DNA of 64,000 nt from Candidatus Bathyarchaeota archaeon (lineage in GTDB: Archaea > Thermoproteota > Bathyarchaeia > TCS64), in contig JBFYNP010000067.1 of the NCBI GenBank assembly GCA_041304325.1, positions 3,070 to 67,069 of the forward strand, read 5' to 3'. The notes below the pieces were generated by a model. It was not told where the DNA came from and did not search any database. It worked only from the letters and a program-made list of their open reading frames with translations. Of this stretch, positions 20,218 through 29,288 are shown in pieces; the first letter of the stretch is position 1, and each line of letters opens with the position of its first letter. The translations under genes and the position numbers were made by a program.

Positions 20218-20443
20218 ACCAACAATAGAATAACTTTATCTTAACAATAAGGGCCTCGTCACCTATGGCTACCAACCTAAGGAGGTCCCACCCATAGGAC
20301 AGGACGAACACGAGACCCTAGAAACACTCTTCAAAAACATCGACTTAAGCATTGCTGAACAGCAACTCCTCGGATGCTACCATATAGCAGGACCAGGAAG
20401 ACCACCCCGAAACCCACTCGGAATCCTCAGAGCCCTCCTCATA

Positions 20444-21280
20444 ATGCGGCTGAAAGGAATACGCAGCCTCAGAGAGCTCACAAGGATCCTCGACATCGAC
20501 CAACGCCTAAGAGAACTATGCCTAATCAGGAAAGATGAGAACGGTTACCCGAGGTCAGTAATCAGCCGCTTCACCAGACGAGTCGGAGCTGAGACCATTC
20601 AACTCATAATCGAGGAGAAGGTGGTCTGGCTTCTCCGAAGAAGCGGCGTCACCGAGGTGGATGTGGTTCTGGATGCCAGCTTCATCAAGGCCTGGAGCAT
20701 CAGAGACCCGGCGGATAACCGGAAGGGTCTCTCGGACCCGGATGCTCGTGTGGGCAGGAACGGCAGAGGATTCGACCTCGGATATAAGATGCACTCGGGG
20801 TTGGAGCCGAAGCGGGTTCTGCCTCTCGCCACATTGCTGGCTTCTGCTAATGAGAATGAGAAGAGGCATGCGGCGACGCTGGTGGAGAGGAGCCTCTCGG
20901 TTCTATCGAGGGCGGGTGTGAAGCTTGGGAGCCTGATCGCGGATAGCCAGTACAGTAGCGCTAAGGTTAGGTCTCTCGTTGAGCGTGCGGTGATCCCGTA
21001 TATGTCGAATCAGAGAGTTGAGGGCGATGCGCTGCGGGTTGATAGGCTGTTCAGGACACATGGCTCTGCTGAGGAGGTGTATCGTAGGCGGCCTGCTGTT
21101 GAGGCGTTGTTCGCGTTTCTGAAGAATCAGTTTGGGTCGACGGTGAACAAGGTTCGGGGGTTGGCGAAGGTTGGGATGTATTCTCTGCTGAGTGTGCTGT
21201 GTTTGGTGTTGAATCGGGAGGCGGCGGAGAATGTGGGTCGTCCGGATAAGGCGTTGTCTCCGACGTTCTTTAACGTGTGA
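20444..21280 (+). CDS. DDE transposase (IS4/IS5-like, DDE_Tnp_1 type)
   Basis: Has the GRPPRNPLGILRALLIMRLKG N-terminal signature, VVLDASFIKAW, IADSQYSS and RRPAVEALFAFLKNQFG. The frame is open from 20234, but the first canonical start is at 20444. Confidence 0.85.
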   Translation: MRLKGIRSLRELTRILDIDQRLRELCLIRKDENGYPRSVISRFTRRVGAETIQLIIEEKVVWLLRRSGVTEVDVVLDASFIKAWSIRDPADNRKGLSDPDARVGRNGRGFDLGYKMHSGLEPKRVLPLATLLASANENEKRHAATLVERSLSVLSRAGVKLGSLIADSQYSSAKVRSLVERAVIPYMSNQRVEGDALRVDRLFRTHGSAEEVYRRRPAVEALFAFLKNQFGSTVNKVRGLAKVGMYSLLSVLCLVLNREAAENVGRPDKALSPTFFNV

Positions 21281-21458
21281 GCGCTGAGTGGGTGTGCATG
21301 GAGGTATAGCTAGTTGTTGCTCTGCTTGTTTGTCTGGGTTCGTTAGTTTTCTGGGTGGGTTGTTGTTTGCTGTGGTTTGTTTTGGTTGGTTGATGGGTTT
21401 TTGGTTTGTTTGTGTGGTGGGTTTGCTCTGTTTATTGGGGGGTTGTTAGAAATATGTC

Positions 21459-21480
21459 TAATTTAGGGACAGGCCAGCGC
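21459..21480. repeat. Right terminal inverted repeat of the IS
   Basis: The reverse complement matches 20196-20217 at 21/22 positions. Confidence 0.8.
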
Positions 21481-21497
21481 CGGCGAGGATATAGACA

Positions 21498-21893
21498 GTG
21501 GATGAAATACAAGCGACACTTCATACTTTCCTAGATGCTTTCTCAAAGCTGGATCTCGAAACCATGATAAGCTGCTTCGCAGATGATTCAACTGCATTCT
21601 TCCCCTCAGAACATCAAATAGAGCGTCTAGTAGGTAAAACCTCCATAAAAAACGCTTTCACTGATGTCATAGCTAAAGTTAAAAGATCTGGCGGCGAGAA
21701 CCTAAAACTAGAAACCGAAGATGTAATAGCTCAAAGGTTTGGAGACGTAGCCCTCGTGACCTTCCAAATATTCGACACCCAAACCTCGCGACGTACCCTC
21801 GTCATGAAACGTGGCCATGAGGGCTGGCAGGTTATCCACATGCATGCTTCAAACGCGTCTTCGAAACCTATCCAGCGGGAGGTTAAACCTTGA
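21498..21893 (+). CDS. SnoaL-like / DUF4440 (NTF2-fold) protein
   Basis: 131 aa. The N-terminal FLDAFSKLDLETMISCFADDSTAFFP pattern is typical of the NTF2-like SnoaL/DUF4440 fold. GTG start 17 nt after the IS end. Confidence 0.65.
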   Translation: MDEIQATLHTFLDAFSKLDLETMISCFADDSTAFFPSEHQIERLVGKTSIKNAFTDVIAKVKRSGGENLKLETEDVIAQRFGDVALVTFQIFDTQTSRRTLVMKRGHEGWQVIHMHASNASSKPIQREVKP

Positions 21894-22486
21894 AAAAGGG
21901 GGACTTAGCCCTCATCCTTATCGACATCCAAAAAGACTTCTGGAGACCCTACGAGGCAAACCCTCAATTTAAATCCTTCCCAGGCAACATTCGCAGCCTC
22001 CTCACAGCAGCTCGCGAGAGAGGGATCACAATCATTCACACCCAAGCTTACTTCAAGCAGGATCGAGGAGACTGGATGCTCTTCTACAGACCTCAGGGAC
22101 GCGGTAACGTGCCATGCATAGAGGGAACCGTGGGTGCTGAGTTTGAGGAATTCTCTGAGCCTTTAATGAATGAACACGTAGTCAGGAAGCAGACCTTCGA
22201 CGGCTTTGTCGACACGGATCTTGCTAACGTATTAAAAGAAAATGGGATTAAAGTTGCGTTCATCGTGGGGCTGGAGACCTCTGTTTGTGTACTTTTCACA
22301 GCTACTTCGGTTTATCTTAAACGGATCGTTCCAGTAGTCATTTCAGATGCCTGTGCAGATGACCCGCAGCGACACAAGTCGACGCTTAAAATGTATAACA
22401 AATTATGTTTTTTGACAACGACAACACATGAGGTCCTCAATGAATGGGAGAAAGTAGTGAAGGAAGCTGAACCCTTCATTCTATAA
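21890..22486 (+). CDS. Isochorismatase-family cysteine hydrolase
   Basis: Has LILIDIQKDF (catalytic Asp region) and GLETSVCV (catalytic Cys). TTG start overlaps the upstream stop. Confidence 0.85.
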   Translation: MKKGDLALILIDIQKDFWRPYEANPQFKSFPGNIRSLLTAARERGITIIHTQAYFKQDRGDWMLFYRPQGRGNVPCIEGTVGAEFEEFSEPLMNEHVVRKQTFDGFVDTDLANVLKENGIKVAFIVGLETSVCVLFTATSVYLKRIVPVVISDACADDPQRHKSTLKMYNKLCFLTTTTHEVLNEWEKVVKEAEPFIL

Positions 22487-22540
22487 AAGAGCATGCTCCT
22501 ATGAGTAACGTTTTCAGCAGCCGCGCGTGCGGTGGGTAGC

Positions 22541-23080
22541 TTAGTCGGGGGCAACCCCATAGGGTAAGCGGAACTCTCTTCCATCAGGAGCAGTTACCAT
22601 GAAGTGATCTTCTTTTAACTCTTCATTATAGTATCGGCTAACCTTCCAACCTAGTTCGATATAATCTTGTTTAACAGCATCATTTAAAAAATCAATAATA
22701 CTTCCAACATAACAATAAGCAGAACCAACATTATAGAAGAAACCAGTTACCTCATTAACCCCAAAAGCGGATAACATCAAATCTCTTCTAAAATCACTCT
22801 CCATAAACATTTTAAACACATCCTTCATATCCATTTTCTTGTCCAACTGTTCAACCATCTGCTGAAAAACTTCACCTATACTCTTCTCGTTATTCAGATC
22901 AAACCTAACCTTCCTGCTATTAATCAAGATAAAATCTTTATAGATCCTCTCAACCGCATCGTCAACGTTTTCAACCCCCATAGCGGTCTGCATGAGGATT
23001 AAGCTCCTCATAGAACCTTTAGACAGCTGAATCACTGGCGCAGTTACACCAACACTACTTGTATCTGTATCCTTTCTCAA
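22541..23080 (-). CDS. Hypothetical protein; a conserved-looking HTH segment lies in frame upstream (open to 23206) without a canonical start
   Basis: The ORF from TTG is 179 aa. The in-frame upstream stretch reads IPKIRQEKVERIKQLIREGLTSVEIREKTGASEGYIGKL, which looks like a resolvase/Hin-like HTH. Confidence 0.5.
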   Translation of the reverse strand: MRKDTDTSSVGVTAPVIQLSKGSMRSLILMQTAMGVENVDDAVERIYKDFILINSRKVRFDLNNEKSIGEVFQQMVEQLDKKMDMKDVFKMFMESDFRRDLMLSAFGVNEVTGFFYNVGSAYCYVGSIIDFLNDAVKQDYIELGWKVSRYYNEELKEDHFMVTAPDGREFRLPYGVAPD

Positions 23081-23828
23081 CTTCCCAATATAACCCTCTG
23101 ACGCACCAGTCTTTTCACGGATTTCAACACTAGTTAAACCCTCCCGGATCAGCTGCTTGATCCTCTCTACCTTCTCTTGTCTTATCTTAGGGATAACAAT
23201 AAAACATTATTAATCATCAAATAAAAAAACTATCCATGCACTAAACAATATATCCAATGACCATGCATCACCTTACCAGCCAACCACGCGCGTGGTGCTT
23301 CCTCCCAGCTACACCACCATATAGCTACCCGGGACAGCCTCACACCCCAACCCAAATCAATATGCAATGCATCAGCTTACACTAGTGAAGATATATAATA
23401 AACCAACATCAAACAAACATTCAAGAACAAGATTAGATCAATCATCTTTCCTACAAGATCGCTTATTAAATCACTCAAGAAAAAATAAGATAATTCAAAA
23501 GAAAGAAAACTATTGCTACTTGATCTAAAACCAAATTAAAACAAACGTAAACGAAAGATAAAACACTAAAACGACAAAAATAAATCCTATAAAGAAATAA
23601 AAAACTACTTTATTCCAAGATAAAACTTTTTTAAAACCGCATCCACAAATCAATCACCTACACAAACGCAAATAACCTGCGAAAAACCCCAAATAAAAAA
23701 TGAATTAAAATTCATCCAATTAATTAATAAAATCTCTCCAATTAAATAAACAAAAAAAATGCAAAAATCGTGCACACTTTATGATGAAACGATATTAATA
23801 CCGGTAAGCCTTTTATTGTTTGACTAAT

Positions 23829-24308
23829 ATGTCATCAAAAACCCAAATCCTAAAAGAACTATTAGAGTACCACTTTAATTCTCTAGATGAGACGTTGAAA
23901 AACCTAGAAGAAAATGAGATGCATTACAAACCCACCGAGGAATCTAATAACATCGACTGGATCGTCAACCACCTCACCAGAATCAGCAACACCGCCCTCC
24001 CAAGAATCATAAAAGGAGACCCAAACTACAAACCAGCAGGATGGGCTGACGACTATAAAGACCACTGCTATGGAATCAACAAGTATCGAAGCGACCTAGC
24101 CGCTGGAAAGAAAACCATCTACGAAGGATTAGAAAAATTAACCGACGCCCAACTTGAAGAAGAGATCCCTCTCTGGGGTGGAACAAAGAAGAGAAAGGAA
24201 GGACTCTTCGCCTATATCGGAGAAATAGTCTCCCATAAAGGCCAGATCGCTTACCTCCGCGGCACAGTGAAGAGACTCAAGGCGAAGAACCCCGCCTTCC
24301 TAGCCTAA
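23829..24308 (+). CDS. DinB-family protein, paralog 1
   Basis: About 160 aa, four-helix bundle size. Conserved His positions are WIVNHLTR and SHKGQIAYLRG. Confidence 0.75.
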   Translation: MSSKTQILKELLEYHFNSLDETLKNLEENEMHYKPTEESNNIDWIVNHLTRISNTALPRIIKGDPNYKPAGWADDYKDHCYGINKYRSDLAAGKKTIYEGLEKLTDAQLEEEIPLWGGTKKRKEGLFAYIGEIVSHKGQIAYLRGTVKRLKAKNPAFLA

Positions 24309-24374
24309 CCCACCCCTACAACGCTTTTTAAACCACGTCTCCAAATAACTTAATAGGTTTTCAGGTTAACAACA

Positions 24375-24842
24375 ATGTCCGCAAAAGTAGAAACAATAAA
24401 AGCATTCGCCCAAGTAGGGTTTGACCGACTCGGAAGAGCCACCAAAGACCTTAAGAAAGAGCACCTAGACTGGAAGAGCGTCCCCGAAGCAAACAACGTA
24501 AGATGGGTACTAACTCACATGAGCCAAGAGTTGAACATCTACATCCCAAGGATCCTTAAAGACGATCCAAACTACAACCCAAATGGATGGCCTCAAGATT
24601 ACATCGGAAACACAAGCTACCCCATCGAGGAAATCATGCAGGATTTAGAGAAAGGCAAATCCGACCTAATGGAAGGCCTCGACAAGTTAAAGGACACCGA
24701 CCTCGATGCAGAGATCGAGATGTGGGGGTCCAAACGTAAGAAGGGTCAAGCTCTCATCGGGATGGTCTCTGAGATGATCCACCATGAAGGGCAAATCTCA
24801 GCCATCCTCGGCCTCAACAAGAGAATGGAGCAACACAAGTAA
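24375..24842 (+). CDS. DinB-family protein, paralog 2
   Basis: Has LDWKS...VRWVLTHMSQE...MIHHEGQISAILG. Clearly paralogous to 24924-25382. Confidence 0.8.
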   Translation: MSAKVETIKAFAQVGFDRLGRATKDLKKEHLDWKSVPEANNVRWVLTHMSQELNIYIPRILKDDPNYNPNGWPQDYIGNTSYPIEEIMQDLEKGKSDLMEGLDKLKDTDLDAEIEMWGSKRKKGQALIGMVSEMIHHEGQISAILGLNKRMEQHK

Positions 24843-24923
24843 CCACCACATCACCTTTTTTCACCACTAAATATTTAGGTTTAAACAACATATCTTTTAA
24901 CCCAGTTATAGATGTGATTGAAA

Positions 24924-25382
24924 ATGACCGTAAAGACTAATATGATAAAAGATTTCGCCGAGATCGGGTTCACCCGACTCGGAAACGCAACGAAGAACCT
25001 AACAGAGGAGCAACTCGACTGGAAGAGCTGTGATCACGCTAACACAATTAGATCAATACTCACCCACATGAGTGAAGAGCTTAATGTCTATCTTCCCAAG
25101 TTCTTAGGAACAGCCCCCCCGAAGGACTGGCCAAAAGACTATGGCACAAATAAAAACTACAAGCTCGCCAAACTCCTAAAAGACATCGAGTCAGGTAAAA
25201 GAAAATACTACGCTGGATTGAACAAACTCACAAACGAAAAGATCGATGAAGAGGTCGACGGATGGTACGGCAAGAAACCTCGCATCTACTACATCATGTT
25301 GATGACTACAGAGATCATCCACCATGAAGGTCAGATCGCTGCGATCCTCGGTATAGATAAGAGGATTAAAGGCATCAAGTAA
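24924..25382 (+). CDS. DinB-family protein, paralog 3
   Basis: Has LDWKS...IRSILTHMSEE...IIHHEGQIAAILG. Confidence 0.8.
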   Translation: MTVKTNMIKDFAEIGFTRLGNATKNLTEEQLDWKSCDHANTIRSILTHMSEELNVYLPKFLGTAPPKDWPKDYGTNKNYKLAKLLKDIESGKRKYYAGLNKLTNEKIDEEVDGWYGKKPRIYYIMLMTTEIIHHEGQIAAILGIDKRIKGIK

Positions 25383-25438
25383 CCCACACTTTTTATTCCT
25401 CGCTTATTTTCATTTCCTTATTCAAGTAGGTTAAGTCT

Positions 25439-26551
25439 TTGAGAATAGGAATCACATGTTACCCTGGGGTAGGCGGCTCCGGCATATTAGCAACCAGACT
25501 CGGCGTAGAGTTCGCAAAAAGGGACCACGAGGTTCACTTCATCACCTATGAGCGCCCCTTCGGAATCCAAGGGCTGGATACAAAAAACGTGTATGTCCAC
25601 CTGGTATCTGTACTTGATTATCCTCTATTCAAGTACCCCCCCTATACGGTTGCACTGGCATCTGAGATGGTGCGTACATGCCAGCAAGAGAACCTTGACG
25701 TAATCAATGTTCATTATTCTGTACCTCATGCAACCTCCGCATACCTGAACAGAGAGATAACTGGTGTACCCTACATAGTTACTCTCCACGGTTCAGATGT
25801 TACGATAGTAGGAAGCGACGCGAGCTACAATCCGGTTAACACTCACTCGGTAGAAAAAGCGGATGCAGTCACAGCTGTCTCCAGTTTTATGCAGAGAGAA
25901 GCCTATGAGCGCCTAGGAATCAGAAGAGAAGTGAAAGTGATCCCTAACTTCGTTGACCCTGCACTCTTTTTCCCGGCTGACTGCGATGCTTTGGAGCGTC
26001 GAGATAAGGATGAGGTCATAATCATCCATGTTAGCAACTTCCGCCCCGTTAAGCGAGTTCAAGACCTGATCTACGCTATGAAAATTGTTGTCAAAAATTA
26101 TCCTAAAACTAGAATGCTGCTTGTTGGAGATGGTCCCGATAGAGGTCCCGTTGAGCATCTTATCGATCAATTTGACCTGAATAATAATGTGACTTTAACG
26201 GGCTTCCGAAGCGATATACCAAACCTAATGCGCTGCAGTGACATAGGCGTCCTCAGCAGCGAGACAGAGAGCGCGCCATTAACTCTGCTTGAGGGTATGA
26301 GCACCGGTTTACCGATGGTAGCTACGAGCGTAGGAGGCATACCTGAAATAGTCACCGATGGAGTGGATGGCTTCATTGTTCCGCCAAAACACCCAGAAGT
26401 GATAGCGGAGGCACTAATCGCATTAGTGAATGACCAAAAGCTCCGAACCAGTATTGGAGCTAAGGCTCGTGAAAAGATTCTTAACCAATACACTTCCGAG
26501 AAAGTAGTTAACGCTTACCTTGAAATATTTAACTCAGTCAAGAAAAATTAA
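25439..26551 (+). CDS. bshA: GT4 glycosyltransferase, BshA-type (N-acetyl-alpha-D-glucosaminyl L-malate synthase-like)
   Basis: RIGITCYPGVGGSGILAT, FKYPPYT, TLHGSDVT, HVSNFRPVKRVQD, LVGDGPD and GGIPEIV follow Bacillus BshA closely along the whole length. TTG start. Confidence 0.85.
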   Translation: MRIGITCYPGVGGSGILATRLGVEFAKRDHEVHFITYERPFGIQGLDTKNVYVHLVSVLDYPLFKYPPYTVALASEMVRTCQQENLDVINVHYSVPHATSAYLNREITGVPYIVTLHGSDVTIVGSDASYNPVNTHSVEKADAVTAVSSFMQREAYERLGIRREVKVIPNFVDPALFFPADCDALERRDKDEVIIIHVSNFRPVKRVQDLIYAMKIVVKNYPKTRMLLVGDGPDRGPVEHLIDQFDLNNNVTLTGFRSDIPNLMRCSDIGVLSSETESAPLTLLEGMSTGLPMVATSVGGIPEIVTDGVDGFIVPPKHPEVIAEALIALVNDQKLRTSIGAKAREKILNQYTSEKVVNAYLEIFNSVKKN

Positions 26552-28265
26552 CGAAATAGACAGCGGAATTCGGCGTATTAGGGACATATTGTCTAGTGTA
26601 AGCACCCATCAGATCTTTCACACCCGAAACAAGAGCTATGTCAAGCCAGAGCCAGCTAACCTCCTGGCCATATTTTTCGGGAGCAAAACGTCCATAGGCA
26701 GAGCTGAGATATGTGTCAATCAAACCTAACTCGTTTTGCTTATTCTTCATTAAAGAGATAAGCTGTTGCCTAGTATCCGGGTTAACGAGTTTAGTTTTTA
26801 TAATTTCGATTTCACTTATCAATCGCCTCTCTTCAGATTCGAGTTTACTGTAAGCTGAGTCAACAGACGTCTTAATCTCATCATAAGCTACACCCATCAG
26901 ATCAACAGAGCCTTTCTTCTTCGCTTCAACCCACATAGAAAGAGCGTTGAAAAGCTCTTCACGAATCAATGTCGGATAGCCTTTCTGTTTTAAAGTCTCA
27001 GCCTGCAACTCGTTCCACGGTGTATTATAATAAACTCTAGCATAGCGAATGTAAACAGGAAAACTCAATCCTATAGCCCGGACTCCCGGCATCACTTCTG
27101 CATGGTAACTAGTCTCACCTGGACCACCAACATGAGCAGAAATTGGCATTACTGAGCTAACTGCAATCTGCCTAGAATCTACACGAGGTGAAATCGATTC
27201 AGCTAAATCCGAGAGATCAGGATTCACCACATCAACACTGAACACGTACTCCTCCAAGCATTTAGAGCATTTTCCCCTCAGCTCAGCACGAGAGCCTTCA
27301 AGGCTATACTTGAGTTCAACTCTATTACCGTGACAACCCTGTTTCGAGCACTCATAGAAGAAAGGCACATAATCCTTTTCACGTTTCCCAATCTGCGCCC
27401 GATAACCGCTTGACTCAATGAGGTCAACAGCATCGTTCGTAGCATAGATGAATCGACTCCGATTAGGCTCAGATAACAGCCGCTCAAACCCGGGTGCAAT
27501 CAGGCGGCGAATCTTAGAAACAGATGGTTTGAAAAAGACAACACCGAAGTTTGCTTCAACGTTAAATAATGTACCAAGGATCCGGCTAGACCAATCTGCA
27601 ACGTTGTCGGACGCGTAATAAGCTAAACGTATGATAGTAGAGATATGTGAAAGATTCTCCAGCATTATCTCCTGCTTCGCTGGAGCTACACCCTTAAGAA
27701 GACCACGCGTATTTCCCTCAATCTTTTCAAGACTTTTCCTAAGCCACTCCTCAGAAGGGTTAGGAAGGTTCCTGATCGGGGAACCCTCATAACCGACCGG
27801 AACCGGATAAGCAAATACAACACCTCTCCCCCCCGGGCTTGGAAGCCTTCCGTTGATAAGTTCAGGCTGAACGCCATCATAGTCCCCGATAAAGTATATA
27901 GGGACACATCCCCCCTCCTTCGCCAGCGCAACAGTATAAGCTGTCTTATTGAGTATTAGGCTTGGACCTGCCAGGAGGTTAGGTTGTTGCCCAGTCTCTG
28001 CAGCACCCAAGTCAAGGTTATCTATATTGTAATTAGCCTTCTCTGTAAGGATCCCTAGCGCCTTCATACTTTCTTTCAACGCTTTCTTAAGATCCTCCAG
28101 TCTTTCAGACGGATGGCTAAAATCCGTTTTACTTTTTCTCATCTGAGCGCCTGCCTCAGCCATATCTCGAGGAATAGCTCCCCAAAGCCTCTCAGCTAAT
28201 CTATTCCCCTCAGGGTTCACCAGATACCGACTATACAACTGATGGACAGGTAGCGCCTCAGACAT
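26538..28265 (-). CDS. bshC: BshC-family protein (bacillithiol biosynthesis cysteine-adding enzyme-like)
   Basis: 575 aa. TGQQPNLLAGPSLILNKT..., PIYFIGDYD and HVGGPGETSYHAEV correspond to the GGQQxGLxxGPLY, WxAGEDHD and AGPGExxYW blocks of BshC. Has a C-terminal coiled coil. Confidence 0.8.
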   Translation of the reverse strand: MSEALPVHQLYSRYLVNPEGNRLAERLWGAIPRDMAEAGAQMRKSKTDFSHPSERLEDLKKALKESMKALGILTEKANYNIDNLDLGAAETGQQPNLLAGPSLILNKTAYTVALAKEGGCVPIYFIGDYDGVQPELINGRLPSPGGRGVVFAYPVPVGYEGSPIRNLPNPSEEWLRKSLEKIEGNTRGLLKGVAPAKQEIMLENLSHISTIIRLAYYASDNVADWSSRILGTLFNVEANFGVVFFKPSVSKIRRLIAPGFERLLSEPNRSRFIYATNDAVDLIESSGYRAQIGKREKDYVPFFYECSKQGCHGNRVELKYSLEGSRAELRGKCSKCLEEYVFSVDVVNPDLSDLAESISPRVDSRQIAVSSVMPISAHVGGPGETSYHAEVMPGVRAIGLSFPVYIRYARVYYNTPWNELQAETLKQKGYPTLIREELFNALSMWVEAKKKGSVDLMGVAYDEIKTSVDSAYSKLESEERRLISEIEIIKTKLVNPDTRQQLISLMKNKQNELGLIDTYLSSAYGRFAPEKYGQEVSWLWLDIALVSGVKDLMGAYTRQYVPNTPNSAVYFVNFS

Positions 28266-28267
28266 AA

Positions 28268-29230
28268 TTAACTCTCCAATTTGAGGAGTCTTGCGGCGTT
28301 CTTGTAAAAGATCTTATCAACAGTACTATCCTCAACTCCAATAGCGCGAACTTCCCGAACCTGCTCACGGAGATAGTTCTCACTAAAGCCACGGGGGAAA
28401 TAACTAGAGTCAGTAGCGAAGATGATCCTATCAGCCCCAACTGTCTCTAAACACTTCAAGAAAAGGTCTCTGAGAGTCAATTTGTAAGGCATCCACGCCA
28501 TCCACTGGTTGCTACCAGATGTATCTATCATAACATTAGGACAAGCCCAACATAGCTGAAGGAGCTCACGGAAATAACAGGCTCCAAAGTGAGGGATCAC
28601 AAATTTTAGGGTAGGATACGAGGCAGCGACCTCCCATAGACTGAGGGGGTCGAGGTTATGGAGGTTTCTCGCTGGTCCACCACCTCCTCCGAGGACACCG
28701 AAATGGATTAGAACGGGGATCTCTAGCTTTTCAGCCATCTCCCAGACAGGATATGCTTCTTTGTCATCTATGTTTCTAGTGAGGCCGGAAGATAATAGTT
28801 TGAACCCTCGGAGCCCGAGTTTTGTGACAGCTCGCTCGAGTTCATCGGCTGCGTTCGGTGAGAAAAGGTCGTGATGAGCGAATCCGGTGAACCTCTCAGA
28901 GTGCATCTTAACAATTTTAGCTAAGTTATCGTTTCCTCCTCCCATCACGAAGTTAACACGTTCAACGTTCTTCTTATCCAGGTCTGCCACCCAACGTTCT
29001 GCCTGTTCTTCATCGCTATGGATTGATGTTTCCGGTGTGTCAAATCCCCACTTATGGCGCCAATCTTCGCGGTACTTTGCAGACTGCTCCATGAAAATCT
29101 TTGCTTTCCGCTCACCAAATTTTTCAATCATGCTCTGCATGTAACCGCCTCCCGGAGTGCCAGTACGTTGCACAGGGAAATGGGAGTGGAAGTCAAGTAC
29201 TCTGAACCCATGATTGGCCATAGAATCCAC
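28268..29230 (-). CDS. Amidohydrolase_2 (TIM-barrel metal-dependent hydrolase) family protein
   Basis: Has an LDFHSHFP N-terminal metal site, VLIHFG and IFATDSSYFP. It ends 2 nt before the bshC start. Confidence 0.75.
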   Translation of the reverse strand: MDSMANHGFRVLDFHSHFPVQRTGTPGGGYMQSMIEKFGERKAKIFMEQSAKYREDWRHKWGFDTPETSIHSDEEQAERWVADLDKKNVERVNFVMGGGNDNLAKIVKMHSERFTGFAHHDLFSPNAADELERAVTKLGLRGFKLLSSGLTRNIDDKEAYPVWEMAEKLEIPVLIHFGVLGGGGGPARNLHNLDPLSLWEVAASYPTLKFVIPHFGACYFRELLQLCWACPNVMIDTSGSNQWMAWMPYKLTLRDLFLKCLETVGADRIIFATDSSYFPRGFSENYLREQVREVRAIGVEDSTVDKIFYKNAARLLKLES

Positions 29231-29288
29231 CGAATAATCTAGGAGACCTCATGGGGCGTAAAAAGGTTTACCGAGTTGGGTATATCAT

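Larger units (their letters stand above)
20196..21480 (+). mobile_element. IS4/IS5-like insertion sequence (about 1.29 kb) with 22-bp terminal inverted repeats
   Basis: IR-L is GCGCTGGCATGTCCCTAAATTA and the reverse complement of IR-R is GCGCTGGCCTGTCCCTAAATTA (21/22 identical). They bracket a DDE transposase gene. Internal GC is clearly higher than the flanks. Confidence 0.8.

Noticed and set aside
19849-25400. Integrated provirus or plasmid using tRNA-Leu as its attachment site
   Set aside because: No integrase gene or gene fragment was seen, and no direct repeat of the tRNA-Leu 3' half was found downstream. No capsid, replication or conjugation genes are present. The region is better described as an accessory tract with an IS and compositional anomalies.
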